Made by a program: the position numbers and the translations under genes. A DNA stretch of 64,000 nucleotides from Eledone cirrhosa (taxonomy: Eukaryota): positions 375,658,001-375,722,000 of the forward strand of contig OZ024743.1 in the NCBI GenBank assembly GCA_964016885.1. Direction: 5' to 3'. The notes below the pieces were generated by a model, which saw nothing but the letters and a program-made list of their open reading frames with translations, had not been told where the DNA came from and did not search any database. Below, piece by piece: positions 14,361 through 28,700 of the stretch. Numbering within the stretch: the first letter of the stretch is position 1; each line of letters begins with the position of its first letter.

Positions 14361-16084
14361 TCTGGTTGGTCTCTTTTTGATTTCGATGGCAATACTTACA
14401 AGCAAAATATCGGGGACTGCGATGGGCACAAAAGCCGCTCCAACTTATGCCACTTAGTCATGGCATACTTAGAAGTCCAGATATATGAACAGTCCAAATC
14501 AAAAATACGGATTGAACTTCCACAAAATATTTTATCAGAGAATTGGAAACGCTACTTGGATGATTGCCTCATTCTTTGGTCCCACACACTCGACCAACTG
14601 AAGGATTTCAAAAAACTTAATAAACGGCATCAATAACCACATCCAATTCACAATGGAATACAGCCAAGATCAACTCCCATTTCTGGACATCTTAATCACA
14701 AAAAAAAGACACAAATATCGAAACTGACATACACTACAAACCAACAGATTCCAAACAATATCTGCTATTCACCTCCAACCATCCAAAGCACACGAAGACG
14801 AACATTCCTTTTAACCTAGCAAGAAGAATTTGCACAATTGTCTCCAATTATGAAACGCGAAATAAAAGACTTCAAGAATTAAAGGAAATTCTACTTGAGA
14901 GAGAGTACCCACTATTACTAATAAATAATGGAATAGAAAGGGCTAAAGCAATAGGCATTGATGAATTACGGAAACAGAAAAAAATTCAAGGTACGTCCAA
15001 TATTCTATCATATATCTCAACACACAACCCAAGAAATGCGGAAGCTTACAACACTATTCACAATAACATCCCACTACTAAAACAAAACCCAAGAATGAAA
15101 AAAGCCCTTGAAACATACAAAATAATCAAAAGCAAAAGACAACCAAAATCACTGAAAACATTACTCACCAATGGCAAATTACCTACCACAAACCCACAAC
15201 CAAGTATCAAAAAATGTGGTCGCTCTAATTGTGGAACCTGCACTCACCTCATTGAAGGCAACACGTATACATTTAAATCAGGACAAAATTTTACTGTAAA
15301 ATTCACTTCACTTGCTCATCAAAAAATCTAATTTATGCCATTAAATGTAAAGGATGCAATGAAGATTATTTAGGACAAACTAAACTCACACTCAGAAACA
15401 GAATGACAGTTCATCGCCAACAATTACGAGATCCAACCACGAGACAGATACCACTAAGTGCATATCTAGACATTTGCGCAAGTAATAAGACACCCAAATT
15501 CCAAGTCTTCCCATTTTACCTTTGCGCTAACAATACAACAGAACAAATGCGAATAAATAAGGAAAATATGTAGACCAACATTAAATAAGGTTTAATATAC
15601 ATTATGTCAACACCACAATATGACATACACACACACACATAACACCTTCTACTTTAGAAAATAAAAACCCGAACTAAATAAACCTTAAACATACGTTTGC
15701 ACTGGCAATACAACAGCAAACACGAAAAAGTCAGGAAAATATGTTCATTCAAAAATATTCCTACTAAAGGAATCATTTTCCTACACACACACATACACAC
15801 ACACACAATATATATATATATATATATATATATTCTCTTCATCTTAACATGCTAACCATACTCCCACACACATAACACCCATACACACACATAACAACCC
15901 CCACACCTACAACACCCTCCCCATTTCTACTAATAGAACCACTTTCCTACACACATATATATATACACACACACAAAATATATATTCTCTCTATCTAACA
16001 TACTCGCACACACACACATAACACCCATATACACACACACACAACTCCCTCCCCCATCTCTACTAATAGAATCATCTTCCAATA

Positions 16085-16130
<46 letters not shown>

Positions 16131-16761
16131 AGCACACAAATAAACACATATCTTCAGTCTCAATAGAAAATCTGAACTCTGACACCTGAACTCTGACAGC
16201 TGGCCATATTCACTGAACCAGAACATTTCTCCCAATCCCTTTTCCCTTGAACACTATCTCTCCATTGTCATAACATTCACTATAAAGACTACAGAATAGT
16301 TTTCCAAATAAGGGCGCAAAAATGTAATGAAAACTTGTTCACGTGACAGCCAAATTTCATTTATAACCAACCAAAAAAAAGCCTTCGTGAGCCTCATTTT
16401 TTCAAGTAAAAAGAAATTCAAACACTCATATATGAAAAAACAACCTGTGACAACCCCCCCCCCCCGACCCCCTCTCTTATTTGAAGAACTATTGTAACGC
16501 GAACTGGCGCGAAATTTATTATAATTATTGACAAACCAATCAAATTACTTCTCGAAAAACCTGGTTTTCGAGCCACTTTTTCCATATAAAACAAGTAACA
16601 TTTAGAGACCAACCAGATGTGAGAAAAACCACAGACCCTCCATCTCAACTCACCTTTTGAAAAGCAGAAGAACTGCGAAACCGGTAAAGGAACCAAATAA
16701 AAATATATATATTTTAAAAAAAAATAAGACTTCAGTTGCATTTTCGATTTCATCCCTTTTT

Positions 16762-16768
<7 letters not shown>
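14360..16768 (+). mobile_element. Penelope-like retroelement, 5'-truncated and frameshifted (RT C-terminal part, GIY-YIG endonuclease, 3' pLTR)
   Basis: RT motifs across frames: G.AMG.K.APTYA, WKRYLDDC, IQFTME, LPFLD. Then KKCGRSNCGTC, NLIYAIKCKGCNEDYLGQT and RMTVHRQ (GIY-YIG). It has an inverted pLTR at the 5' end. Confidence 0.9.
16653..16690 (+). ncRNA. Variant minimal hammerhead motif in the PLE pLTR
   Basis: cctt-TTGAAAA-GCAG(aagaa)CTGC-GAAA-CCGG-TA-aagg: stem I cctt/aagg, stem II GCAG/CTGC, palindromic ACCGGT stem III. The core deviates from CUGAUGA. Confidence 0.6.
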
Positions 16769-18085
<1,317 letters not shown>

Positions 18086-20064
18086 TCTTCATCTTCTTCT
18101 TCGTTGTCTTCTTCTCCCCAGTCTTCTTTTTTTTCTTCTTCTCCCCAGTATTCTTTTTCTTCTTTTTCTTCCCAATCTTCTTTCTTCTTTTTCTTCTTTC
18201 TCTTCTTCCTTCTCTATCTTTTTCTTCTCTTTCTTTTCTCCTCCTCCTGTTTGTTTTTGTGTTTCTTCTTGGTCTTTGTTGTTGTTTGTGTCGAAATCAA
18301 TGTATTTCTTTCATCCAACTCAGAATATACCATGTCTAGTTGGTCCTTCATTACAAAAGGGGGACCACCAATCAAATTGCCTACTAAATTCTTTAATACA
18401 TTTATTTGCCCTCGTCTCAAAATCGATGCAGTTTTCCTTTTCTGCTGGAAGTGGGTGGGTGATTGAAGGTCAACAAATGAGGGGGTGGGGAGGGTAATCA
18501 ATATCATTTTGGTCACGTTCTCTACTACCTATAACTTTGATATCTTATGTATATATCGATAATGATCATTCATTGATAAACGAAGCCTGAAAAAGTATAT
18601 GCCTCACTCCGATCTAACAAATCAATAATGATTGCCTACATAGAGCAAAAGTAGAAGTATTTTGTTTTTCCAAAAGATGCTTAGTTAAGGATTAAAAAAA
18701 CATTTCCCACTATCTACAGAAACGTGTATGAAATATATTTTTCACCAGTGTAGCTTTATGACTTTATCTTGGTATATATAATATAGCTGAAGTTCTAAAA
18801 GTTAAGGTTTTCTTCTTATAGGAAACTATATAAATAATAAATTTTCTCTCCCAGGATACTGTGAAATGCTTCTTGTCTTGGAAAATACCGGAATATTTTT
18901 AAATGCTATATTCCAATATTTTGTGCTAAGACTTGAAAAATATCATAAATAATATCATTATATCTTATAGGGGAGTGGATTGGCAACATTAGTAGAGCGT
19001 CGGATAAAATGCCATTGTGGTATTTGTAATGGATCTTTACAGTACGAGTTCAAATCCCACCGGGATCAAATTTACTTCCATCTTTCCGGGGGTCAATAAA
19101 ATAAAGTATCAGTGAAGTACTAGGATTGATTTAATCAACTTTACCTTTGGCTCAAATTTGTTGGTTTTGACACTAAATTAAAAAATCAATGTTATTAGAA
19201 TTTATCAGAATATAAAATTAGAAATAGAAGCTTTCGCCGTATGTTTTACTGACTAAAGACATTTTAGCCTAACAGTGGGGTTTAGAACCCTCTAAGCAAT
19301 GGGAAATAATGAGTATTGACGTATATTGGCGTCGAACCTACATTACACCAATTTTCGCCATTTTTATTTTGTATGTCTGTGGTCTATTCGTCGTGTTTGT
19401 CTTAATATTATTTCCACTGTCCGGTCTCATTCACATGTCATTTCAAAGAGGGAATCACGATTTCAAAATGAACACATTTCATCGAAACAAAACTTAAACT
19501 TAATTATATTAACCAAGAATAATGTAGTTTCAAATGATTTCTTTTGCTGGAGAATACAAGGCTATGGTATTATAAACAAAATAAACGAAAAACTTATTTA
19601 TTTGTATGGATTAACCAGTAACTCCTGATGGAGCTGTAGAAGTGGCATGATGATATACATTGTGTCTTGCTGAGCCCAACCCTCTCCAGGTCTGAATAGA
19701 GCCAATTTCTTCCCGAGAAAGAGAGAGAGTGTGTGATAGAGAGGCAGTAAGAAAGAAATACAGGGGAAGAATCGATCCCAGTACATGGTTGCTAGTTTTT
19801 TATCGAAATGATTTAAGGGAAACTTGACCTCGAAAGAATTGTAACTGAGAGCTAACAGAAAGCCGAACCGAATACTGCAAAGCATTCTGTCCGTCTTTCT
19901 AACGACTCTGCCAAATCACCACCTATCCCATTCATTTAGAATCATTGAAAAGATCCTGATTTCTTCATTTATTTATTCATGTCTCAAAGACTTCTTGCTT
20001 CTTTTGTACGTTACATTTCCTGTTATTTCTTTCTATTGCAGATCAGGTGAAAAGAATAGGTGAT

Positions 20065-20156
20065 ATGGAGAGGTATTACCCGGTCCTAAGGGCAGCTGTC
20101 TTAATTACCCTTACGATCATTACTCTTTGTCATGCTTCAGAGATTTCCGAATCAAG
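20065..20156 (+). CDS. Coding exon 1, signal peptide (MERYYPVLRAAVLITLTIITLCHASEISES)
   Basis: Acceptor ttctattgcag ends at 20041; donor ag|gtaa; hydrophobic leader. The frame is open back to the acceptor, so an upstream start cannot be excluded. Confidence 0.75.
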
Positions 20157-21317
20157 GTAAAAATCATATAAATTTTATTTGCTTCTAGATGACTGAATAA
20201 GTGGTTATGGCTGTGCGCAGATTTGATTTTAGGAGCTATCTTCGATTTTTTTCAAAATAAAATGTCGATTTTTCTAGTACGAGTGGATTTTTTGTGTTCA
20301 TATAATATATAAACAAATCAATATTCTACTAATGTTGTCATCAACGGTGCACAGGAACACCAACGTTCGATTCCCGATAGTGTTTCTGTTCACTATTTTC
20401 CATCTCCAGGGGGTACTCTATCCGAATTATTCAACTATAATTCATAGTAATGCTTTGTTTCTAAAAAAAAAAAAAAGTTTTATTATCCTTCCTCTTCTCC
20501 CTCTTTCTATTTCTATTTCATCTTTTATTTTTCATTCTATCTTCTGATAAATCACTAGTGTCCTACTATATAAAGCTTTAAACTCAAATTTCTTCATTGT
20601 ACTGTGTCGTTTGCGTTGTTATTTCTGTTTCCTTTTTGCATCTCTCTCTCTATATATATATATATACACACATATATATATATATATATATATGCATAAG
20701 TTATATTTAATTTGTTGGATTCAACAAGCTTAAAGGTTTTATAACTGATATAAAGCACTCAACAAATTACTGGAGTAAATATTCAATAAATGGAAACTAT
20801 ATTTATAAAACCATAATTATTTTATTATATATATTCAAGGGCAACCAAGGCAATTTTGGTGCGCTTTCATCAGATAAAATACAAAATATGTTTTATAAAT
20901 GTTGACATACCCGTAGAAAAACAACCTTGACAGTTGAAGGTTCGCTGGATAACGAACCTTCAACTGTCAAGGTTGTTTTTCTACGGGTATGTCAACATTT
21001 ATAAAACATATTTTGTATTTTATCTGATGAAAGCGCACCAAAATTGCCTTGGTTGCCCTTGAAATATATATAATAAAATAATTATGGTTTATAAATATAG
21101 TTTCCATTTATTAATATATAGGGCGGTGGATTGGCAGTGTCGGTAGAGGGTCGGACGCCATGCTTTCCAGCATAGTTACGTCCCTTTACGATCTGAGTTC
21201 AAATCCCGCCGAGGTTGACTTTGCCTTTCATCCTTACGGGGTCGATAAAATAAAGTACCAGTAATGCACTGGGTAATTGCTGGCCTTGTGCCAAAAGTAG
21301 AAACAATTAATATATTG

Positions 21318-21357
<40 letters not shown>

Positions 21358-24300
21358 TTCTAAGAATATCTACCAACCAACAATTGTTTCTGCTTCTGTA
21401 TGTATGTATGTATGTATGTACATAAGTCGGGGTAAAGTACCCCTGGAGATAGAAAATAGAGGACAGAAACTCCAGCGGGAATCGAAAATTGACGTTTTTT
21501 GTGCACAGTTTATGACAGTATTAGTGGAATATTCATTTGTTTCATAAATGCATTTGTTAGGAAAGATCCAGTTCATCACTTAACTATATCACTGGCATGT
21601 ATTTCATTAATCATATAGAACAAACTAAGTAGATTTCATAGAGATATGAATATACCAATATACCGTAGCCACGGGGTGACTCGTGCCTTGTGAAAGAAAG
21701 AGGGTAGACGGAAACTGCTTGGAAGCCCATCAGATGGACGACTATACCTATAAATTCAAAAAGCCAGCCTTGTCAACTACTCTGTCACATTAAATCTCCC
21801 TGAGAATTACGTTAATAGTACACGTGTCTGTGAAATGTTGAGTCACTTGCACGTTAATTTCACGAACAAATTGTTCCGTTGATCGAACAACTGGAAGACT
21901 CATCGCCGAAACTAACGGAAGTCCATTCCACTTTTCAATGTTTCAATCCTTAATTCAATCATTCCCCAACATGTGTGAATGTCATTACAATATATTAAAT
22001 ATTATTAGTTTAAATTAATTATAAAAATATTAAAATTTTACGTTGAATAAATCAAGGAAATATCCTAATTATGAACATGAACATGCAATAATTGCTTGAA
22101 CAATTAATTTATAATATGTAATGTAATTTGTAGGTGGTGAATTGGTAGAGTCGTTAGAACGTTGGATAGAATGTGTTGCAGTATTCAGCTCTCAGTGCTC
22201 TGTGTTCAAATCCCGCCCAGGTCAACTTTGCCTTTCATCCTTTCGAGGATGTGCTTAAATCAAAAACCAATATAATTCCCTTAATAATTATTGAGCCTCT
22301 ATGATTGGTTTTTCCGAGGTTATGTGCTCATAACACAATGAAAGGAAAGTTGTTCTGTTTTAATATAACAAACTTGATTTAATTTAATTTGACTATAAAA
22401 TTTACTAATTTGTCAATAAAATATACTTAACCCTTTTGACACCTCCACGCCTTAATATCTTTTGGTAACTAGGAAATGTTAGTAAATTGGGTCACTTAAT
22501 CGAGTGTTTATGGAACAATCGAATTATTAATGAGCTGCTAGAAATATGGTGGGTTTAATGAACACAGAAGCCTGCTAACAACGGTTAAAATGCTTTGTGT
22601 TGTTCGTTCAAACTCTCTGTGCTCTGAATTTAAATCCTGCCGAAGTCAACTTTGTCTTTTATCCTTTTGGGGTCAATAAAAATAGTACCCAGGGTCGGAT
22701 TTAATGGGGTGCAAAGATGTCAATTGTCCCGGACCTCCTGCAATGGGGAGGGGTACCAGCGACACCCGTAACAATTTATTTGTTCCCTCAGCTGGGCTTT
22801 TTAGTTTTAGGATGGTTAGAATTTTTCAATCTAATACCTGTATGTATAACTTTTCAATTACTTGCGCCAAGCTAACTTTGATATGTAAAATTGTGGGATT
22901 TGCTGTGTATTCTAATTGTTTGTGTATACCCCCCCCCCCCCCCCTGAAATGCCCCGGGATCCCCAAGGTCTAAATCTAACCCTGATAGTACCACTGCATT
23001 ATTGGGGTCGCTTCTTCTTCTTTTATATACCTTTCTCACTTCCTCTCTACCACTCTCTTTCGGTCCTCCTTTTTGTAATAAATTGGTGACCAGACCTGGA
23101 GAGAGAAGGCTGATCTCTGCCAGGTTTAAAATACCGAAGACACACCGTATGACATTACAGCGGCCCTCCGACTCTACCAGGAGTTACGGGTCCATACATA
23201 CACATGCTATGAACAACAAGTTCTCCATCGGTTAATTCATTCGGTTTAATCTATAAAAACGAAAGAAATTATAAATATAAAGAAATATAAAGAATTCAAG
23301 TCAGTTGGAGTTGAAATTTAAGTGGTCTTTATTATGTTACAGCTATCCGTATGGATTCCATTTTTCTTGCTTGATGACGGCAGATAATGAATTTTCTTTA
23401 CTTTTCTTCACCCTTTTTTCTATTCTATTTAAATATGAAACGCAATAAGATCTCGAGGTTAGAGGAATTTAAATATTTGCTTTGGCATTTTTTCAATGAG
23501 CAATGAGAATTCTTTCAGACACCATAATTATTCCTTCTATTTAGTGTCAGTAGAAATTCCTGCTAGAAGGCACTTTATGAAGGCCTTTTAAGACGCCATG
23601 ATTCATAAAAGAAATAACTATATGGAAAGGAAAGTTAATCTAATTATTTTTGTTGTGTGTTAAGTTTTAAAATATAAAAAAATAAGTAGTCAGGTTTAAA
23701 TCTGATTCAGAAGCAAAAAAAATATCTCGTAGAAATTCTATATTATATTCTATAAAAAAAATTTGATTAACTGTTATTGGTTAAATGAATGTTGCTAATG
23801 GAAGTGAGAAACATTAGTTACTTCCTACAGACATTTTTATTAGATAGAATAGCTGATGTGTGAGAAGAGTTCAACAGCAGATGAAGTAAACTCTTGGGAT
23901 TGACCAGGACTGGGCAGAGTTCACAATGAACATGTAGATTATCTATTTGAAGTGAGATTCAATGCCACAACGTTAACAGACCTGCCAACATTTAAAAATC
24001 TAAACGGGAAGTACCAGAAAAAAAGTGTTCCAAAATGGAGAGAAATAAGGCAAAATGAGGAGATTTTACATAATGAAAACTATACGGATTTTCACAACAG
24101 AAGACATCTCTCACCCACCCCAAAGTGCGTGGAAGATCTCCCCGTCGGACGGGGAGAGTTGGCAGGTCTGACGTTAAGGAACCCCTCAATGGTTATGTGA
24201 GCAACATATATATGTATTTCGTGTGACCGAATCAACGAGGGAGTCTCTGTTATGTCTTAGTCCGAGTTTATGTATAGTTGTAGGAGCTGTGATTGTTAAG

Positions 24301-25703
24301 CATGACTTTCATATCTGTGTAAAACAAATTATCTTTTTTATAGAGATCATAATGTTTGAGGGGATGCAACGGGAGAGGGACCAAGCAAAGGATCCAGGTT
24401 TGGTGTGCTGATGAGTAAAGGCCTTGGATTACGGTGAACTCTGAAGGAAGAGAAGGATGATTCAGGAACGATGTGTGAAATGTATTAGAGTCGGAAATGA
24501 TGTAGGATGGGCTCTGGTTTTGTTGGGTGTCAAGGTGGAAGGTGAGGGGGAAGATAATAGGATTGAGCACAGGGTTGGATTGTGACCTTGGGGGCCCAGG
24601 GAACTTCAGGTTTGTGAGGGGCCCTCATACACAGCAAACCTCCCAATTTTACATATCAAAGTTAGCTTGGCGCAGGGTTGGATTGTGACCTTGGGGGCCC
24701 AGAGAACTTCAGGTTTGTGAGGGGCCCTCATACACAGCAAACCTCCCAATTTTACATATCAAAGTTAGCTTGGCGCAGGGTTGGATTGTGACCTTGGGGG
24801 CCCAGAGAACTTCAGGTTTGTGAGGGGCCCTCATACACAGCAAACCTCCCAATTTTACATATCAAAGTTAGCTTGGCGCAGGGTTGGATTGTGACCTTGG
24901 GGGCCCAGAGAACTTCAGGTTTGTGAGGGGCCCTCATACACAGCAAACCTCCCAATTTTACATATCAAAGTTAGCTTGGTGCAGGGTTGGATTGTGACCT
25001 TGGGGGCCCAGAGAACTTCAGGTTTGTGAGGGGTCCTCATACACAGCAAACCTCCCAATTTTACATATCAAAGTTAGCTTGGCGCAGGGTTGGATTGTGA
25101 CCTTGGGGGCCCAGAGAACTTCAGGTTTGTGAGGGGCCCTCATACACAGCAAACCTCCCAATTTTACATATCAAAGTTAGCTTGGCGCAAGTAATTGAAA
25201 AATTATACATACAGATATTAGATGAAAAAATTCTAACCAACCTAAAACTAAAAAGCCCAGCTTATGGGCACATCCCATATACTGTAGCTGTAATCCAGAG
25301 ACTGTGAGTTAACTGAAACAAACAGGAACCTCCGTTGGGTATACACCGCAATTTTTTTTATCTATTCTGCACCGTTACATGTATTGAGTACTCCTTTGAA
25401 TAGTGATTATCCCCATTTTCCGACCATAGACATTATATATATATGTGCGTATGTGTGTGTATGTGTAAATCCCGGGTTCAATTGGGAGTAACCAAAGTAA
25501 ATAAGGTACTCAATACATTAGTAGAGTGTAAACATCATATTTAATATAGAAATGGCTTCTACAGGACTAGAACTGTTTCATTCAAAAGAAATCGTCAGGA
25601 AAGGGCTTTCCTGATGATTTCCATTGAATGAAACAGCTCTAGTCCTGTAGAAGCCATTTCTATATTAAACATGATATACATATGTATATATATATATATA
25701 TGC

Positions 25704-25776
<73 letters not shown>

Positions 25777-28700
25777 AAGAGAGAGAGGTTTAGGTATACA
25801 AGAATAGGTATGTTTATAATGCACATATTTCAATACACATTGAATATACATGTATACATGTGTGTGTGAGTGTGTATAATAACTCAAGTAAAACATATTT
25901 GTACCATATTATTCTACAGACGCGCAAAGTTCACAATTCAATAATTGAATAATTACTAAGATTTCAATTTACATGTTTCCTCTATTTGTTTTTATTTCAG
26001 GTCAAAAGTCATACAAAACCTGACCGACGGGTATGACAGTGGTATTTCTCCTCATTTTGATTTGGGTGAGTCTCGGCTGCTTTCTCTTAAAACACGATTG
26101 CTCCCCCACAAAATAATCGTTGACGCTGTTCACCGTCACACACGCACTCTCTATTGACGGTATCTTCGCCCTCCCACATCCTACCTACCCCATCATCATT
26201 CCTCTTTTAACCTCTACCCCTCTCACCTTCCATCTTGACACCAAACATATCCATTGCGCCATCAACCTACGTCACTTCCGATTCTGATACTTCTCGCACG
26301 TCTTTCCTGAATTCCCTCCCCTTTCCTTCAATGATCACCGTAATTAGAGGCCGTCGGTTCCACAGTTTATTCACCCCTGACCACATCAAACCTTTTGGTT
26401 AGGGCGCTGTTGGGCTTACCATCATAATTGTTTCTGATTTAGGCACAATGCCAGCAATTTTGGGGAAGGGGAAAGTCAATTAAATCGACCCCAGTATGTT
26501 ACTGGTACTTTATTTTTATCGATCCCGCATGAATGAAAAGCAAAGCAAACCTCAACTGGATTTGAACTTAAAACGTAAAGGGACGTAACTATATGCCGCG
26601 AAGCATGTTGTCGCTTTACGTTCTAAGTTCAAATCCTGCCGCCGAGATTAGCTTTTCTTTTCATCCATAAGAAGTCATAACTGTTTCTACTTTAGGCACA
26701 AGGCCAGCAATTACCCCAGTGCATTACTGGTACTTTATTCTATTGAGCCCGTAAGGATGAAAGGCAAAGTCAACCTCGGCAGGATTTGAACTCAGATCGT
26801 AAAGGGACGTAACTATGCTGGAAAGCATGGCGTCCGACTCTACCGATACTGCCAATCCACCGCCCTATAATATCGTAGGGTTAGTTTCTAGACCAACCGG
26901 ATTGTTTGTTGTGTTCTTGAGCAAAACACTTCACATCACGTTGTTCCAGTATATTCATCTGAAAATGAATACCAGCAGTAGTTGAGAGTTAACCTTGCGA
27001 GGGACTAATGTCCTGTCCAAGGCGCGGGGAGTATTATATCCACAGTCACTTATCTCTGATGAAACCATGATAAGCATCGGACCTGATTACCCTTTGCTTG
27101 CTTTCTCTCCCGTTCAAGACTCTCAAACATTATGTTCTATAAAAATATAATCATTTGTTTTACATAGATATCGAACTTTGGGCAAATACGGTGAAAGTCT
27201 TGCTTAACAATCACAGCTCCTACAAATATACATAACCTAATTCAAACTAAGACATAACAAAACAAAGTAGAAACTCCCTCGTTGGTTGGGTCACACGAAA
27301 TACATACATATGCTGTTCACATAACTATTGAGGGTTTCCTCAACGTTGTGGTACAACTCTTTGTTGCTAGCTGAATGGACTGGAGCAACGGGAAGTAAAA
27401 TGTCTTGCTAAAGAATCCAATGCGCAACCGGGAATCGAACTCACAACCTTACAATCGTGAGTGTAATACGCTAACCACAAAGCAACACGCCTTCTTATTT
27501 ATTTATAGTGAATAGGCAACAGCACTGAGTTAAACTGGGCCGTCTAATTGGTATGACAATGCATTTGTTAGATACAGGGTTATTTAATAAATAATGCACT
27601 CACATTTATTGATGATTCGAAATGTAATGTGAGGTTTTGTACCTTTATCAAGATGTAACAATGTAACAACAACAACGATAGTTTTTGCCTCGTCCTGAAT
27701 TGAACACTTAGGTTTTATCTCCCCCTGGGCAGAAAAAGTGGAATCATTCTGACAAATTTTGATTCTTTTTGAAATCTCCTCATGGAAATTAATACCCCCT
27801 TCCTCTGTACATGGGAAGAATTAATAGCTTATAGCTATTTGTATTGAATACAAGCCAGGACTCAGCTAAACTGGTAAACCTAATTTCAATAACAGTGCAT
27901 TCATTGCCAAGATAGCTAATTAATTAATTAATAATGCTCACGATGGTTTTATTGGATAATTTTAGCTATAATGGAAGTGTATTTCTATTGAGGTAACAAT
28001 AACATTTTAGCTTCACCGTGAAATAAAACCAAATATAAACAAATCTTTTTATCCTTTCGTAGGCGAAAAATTTGTGATCGGTCTTATAAGTTTCATGCCT
28101 TGTTTGAATCTCATCAGAAAACAAGTACGCCTAACCTCTGTCTATTTCATGATAATTGTTTCTACTTTTGGTACAAGGCCAGCAATTAACCAGTGTATTA
28201 CTGGTACTTTATTTTATCGACCCCCGTAAGGATGAAAGGCAATGTTAACCTCGGCAGGATTTGAACACAGAACGTAAAGGCTCGTAACTCCATGCTGCAA
28301 TGCATGGCATCGGACCCTCTACCGATACTGCCAATAATTGTTTCTACTTTTAGGCACAAGGCCAGCAATTACCCAGTGCATTACTGGTACTTTATTTTAT
28401 CGACCTCGTAAGGATGAAAGGCAAAGTCAACCTCGGCGGGATTTGAACTCAGATCGTAAAGGGACGTAACTATGCTGGAAAGCATGGCGTCCGACTCTCT
28501 ACCGATACTGCCAATAATGGTTTCTGATTTAGGCAGAAGGCCAGCAATTTGGGGGAAAGGGAAAGTCGATTAAATCGACCCCAGTGCATGACTGGTACTT
28601 TATTTTATCGACCCCGTAAGGATGAAAGGCAAAGTCAACTCGGCGGGATTATATAATATCTTTTCTTTCGCCAAATTACAGCAGGTGTTTGTTTATTTAT

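Noticed and set aside
21121-21210. tRNA genes
   Set aside because: The A/B-box-like motifs belong to SINE heads, and no full cloverleaf is evident.
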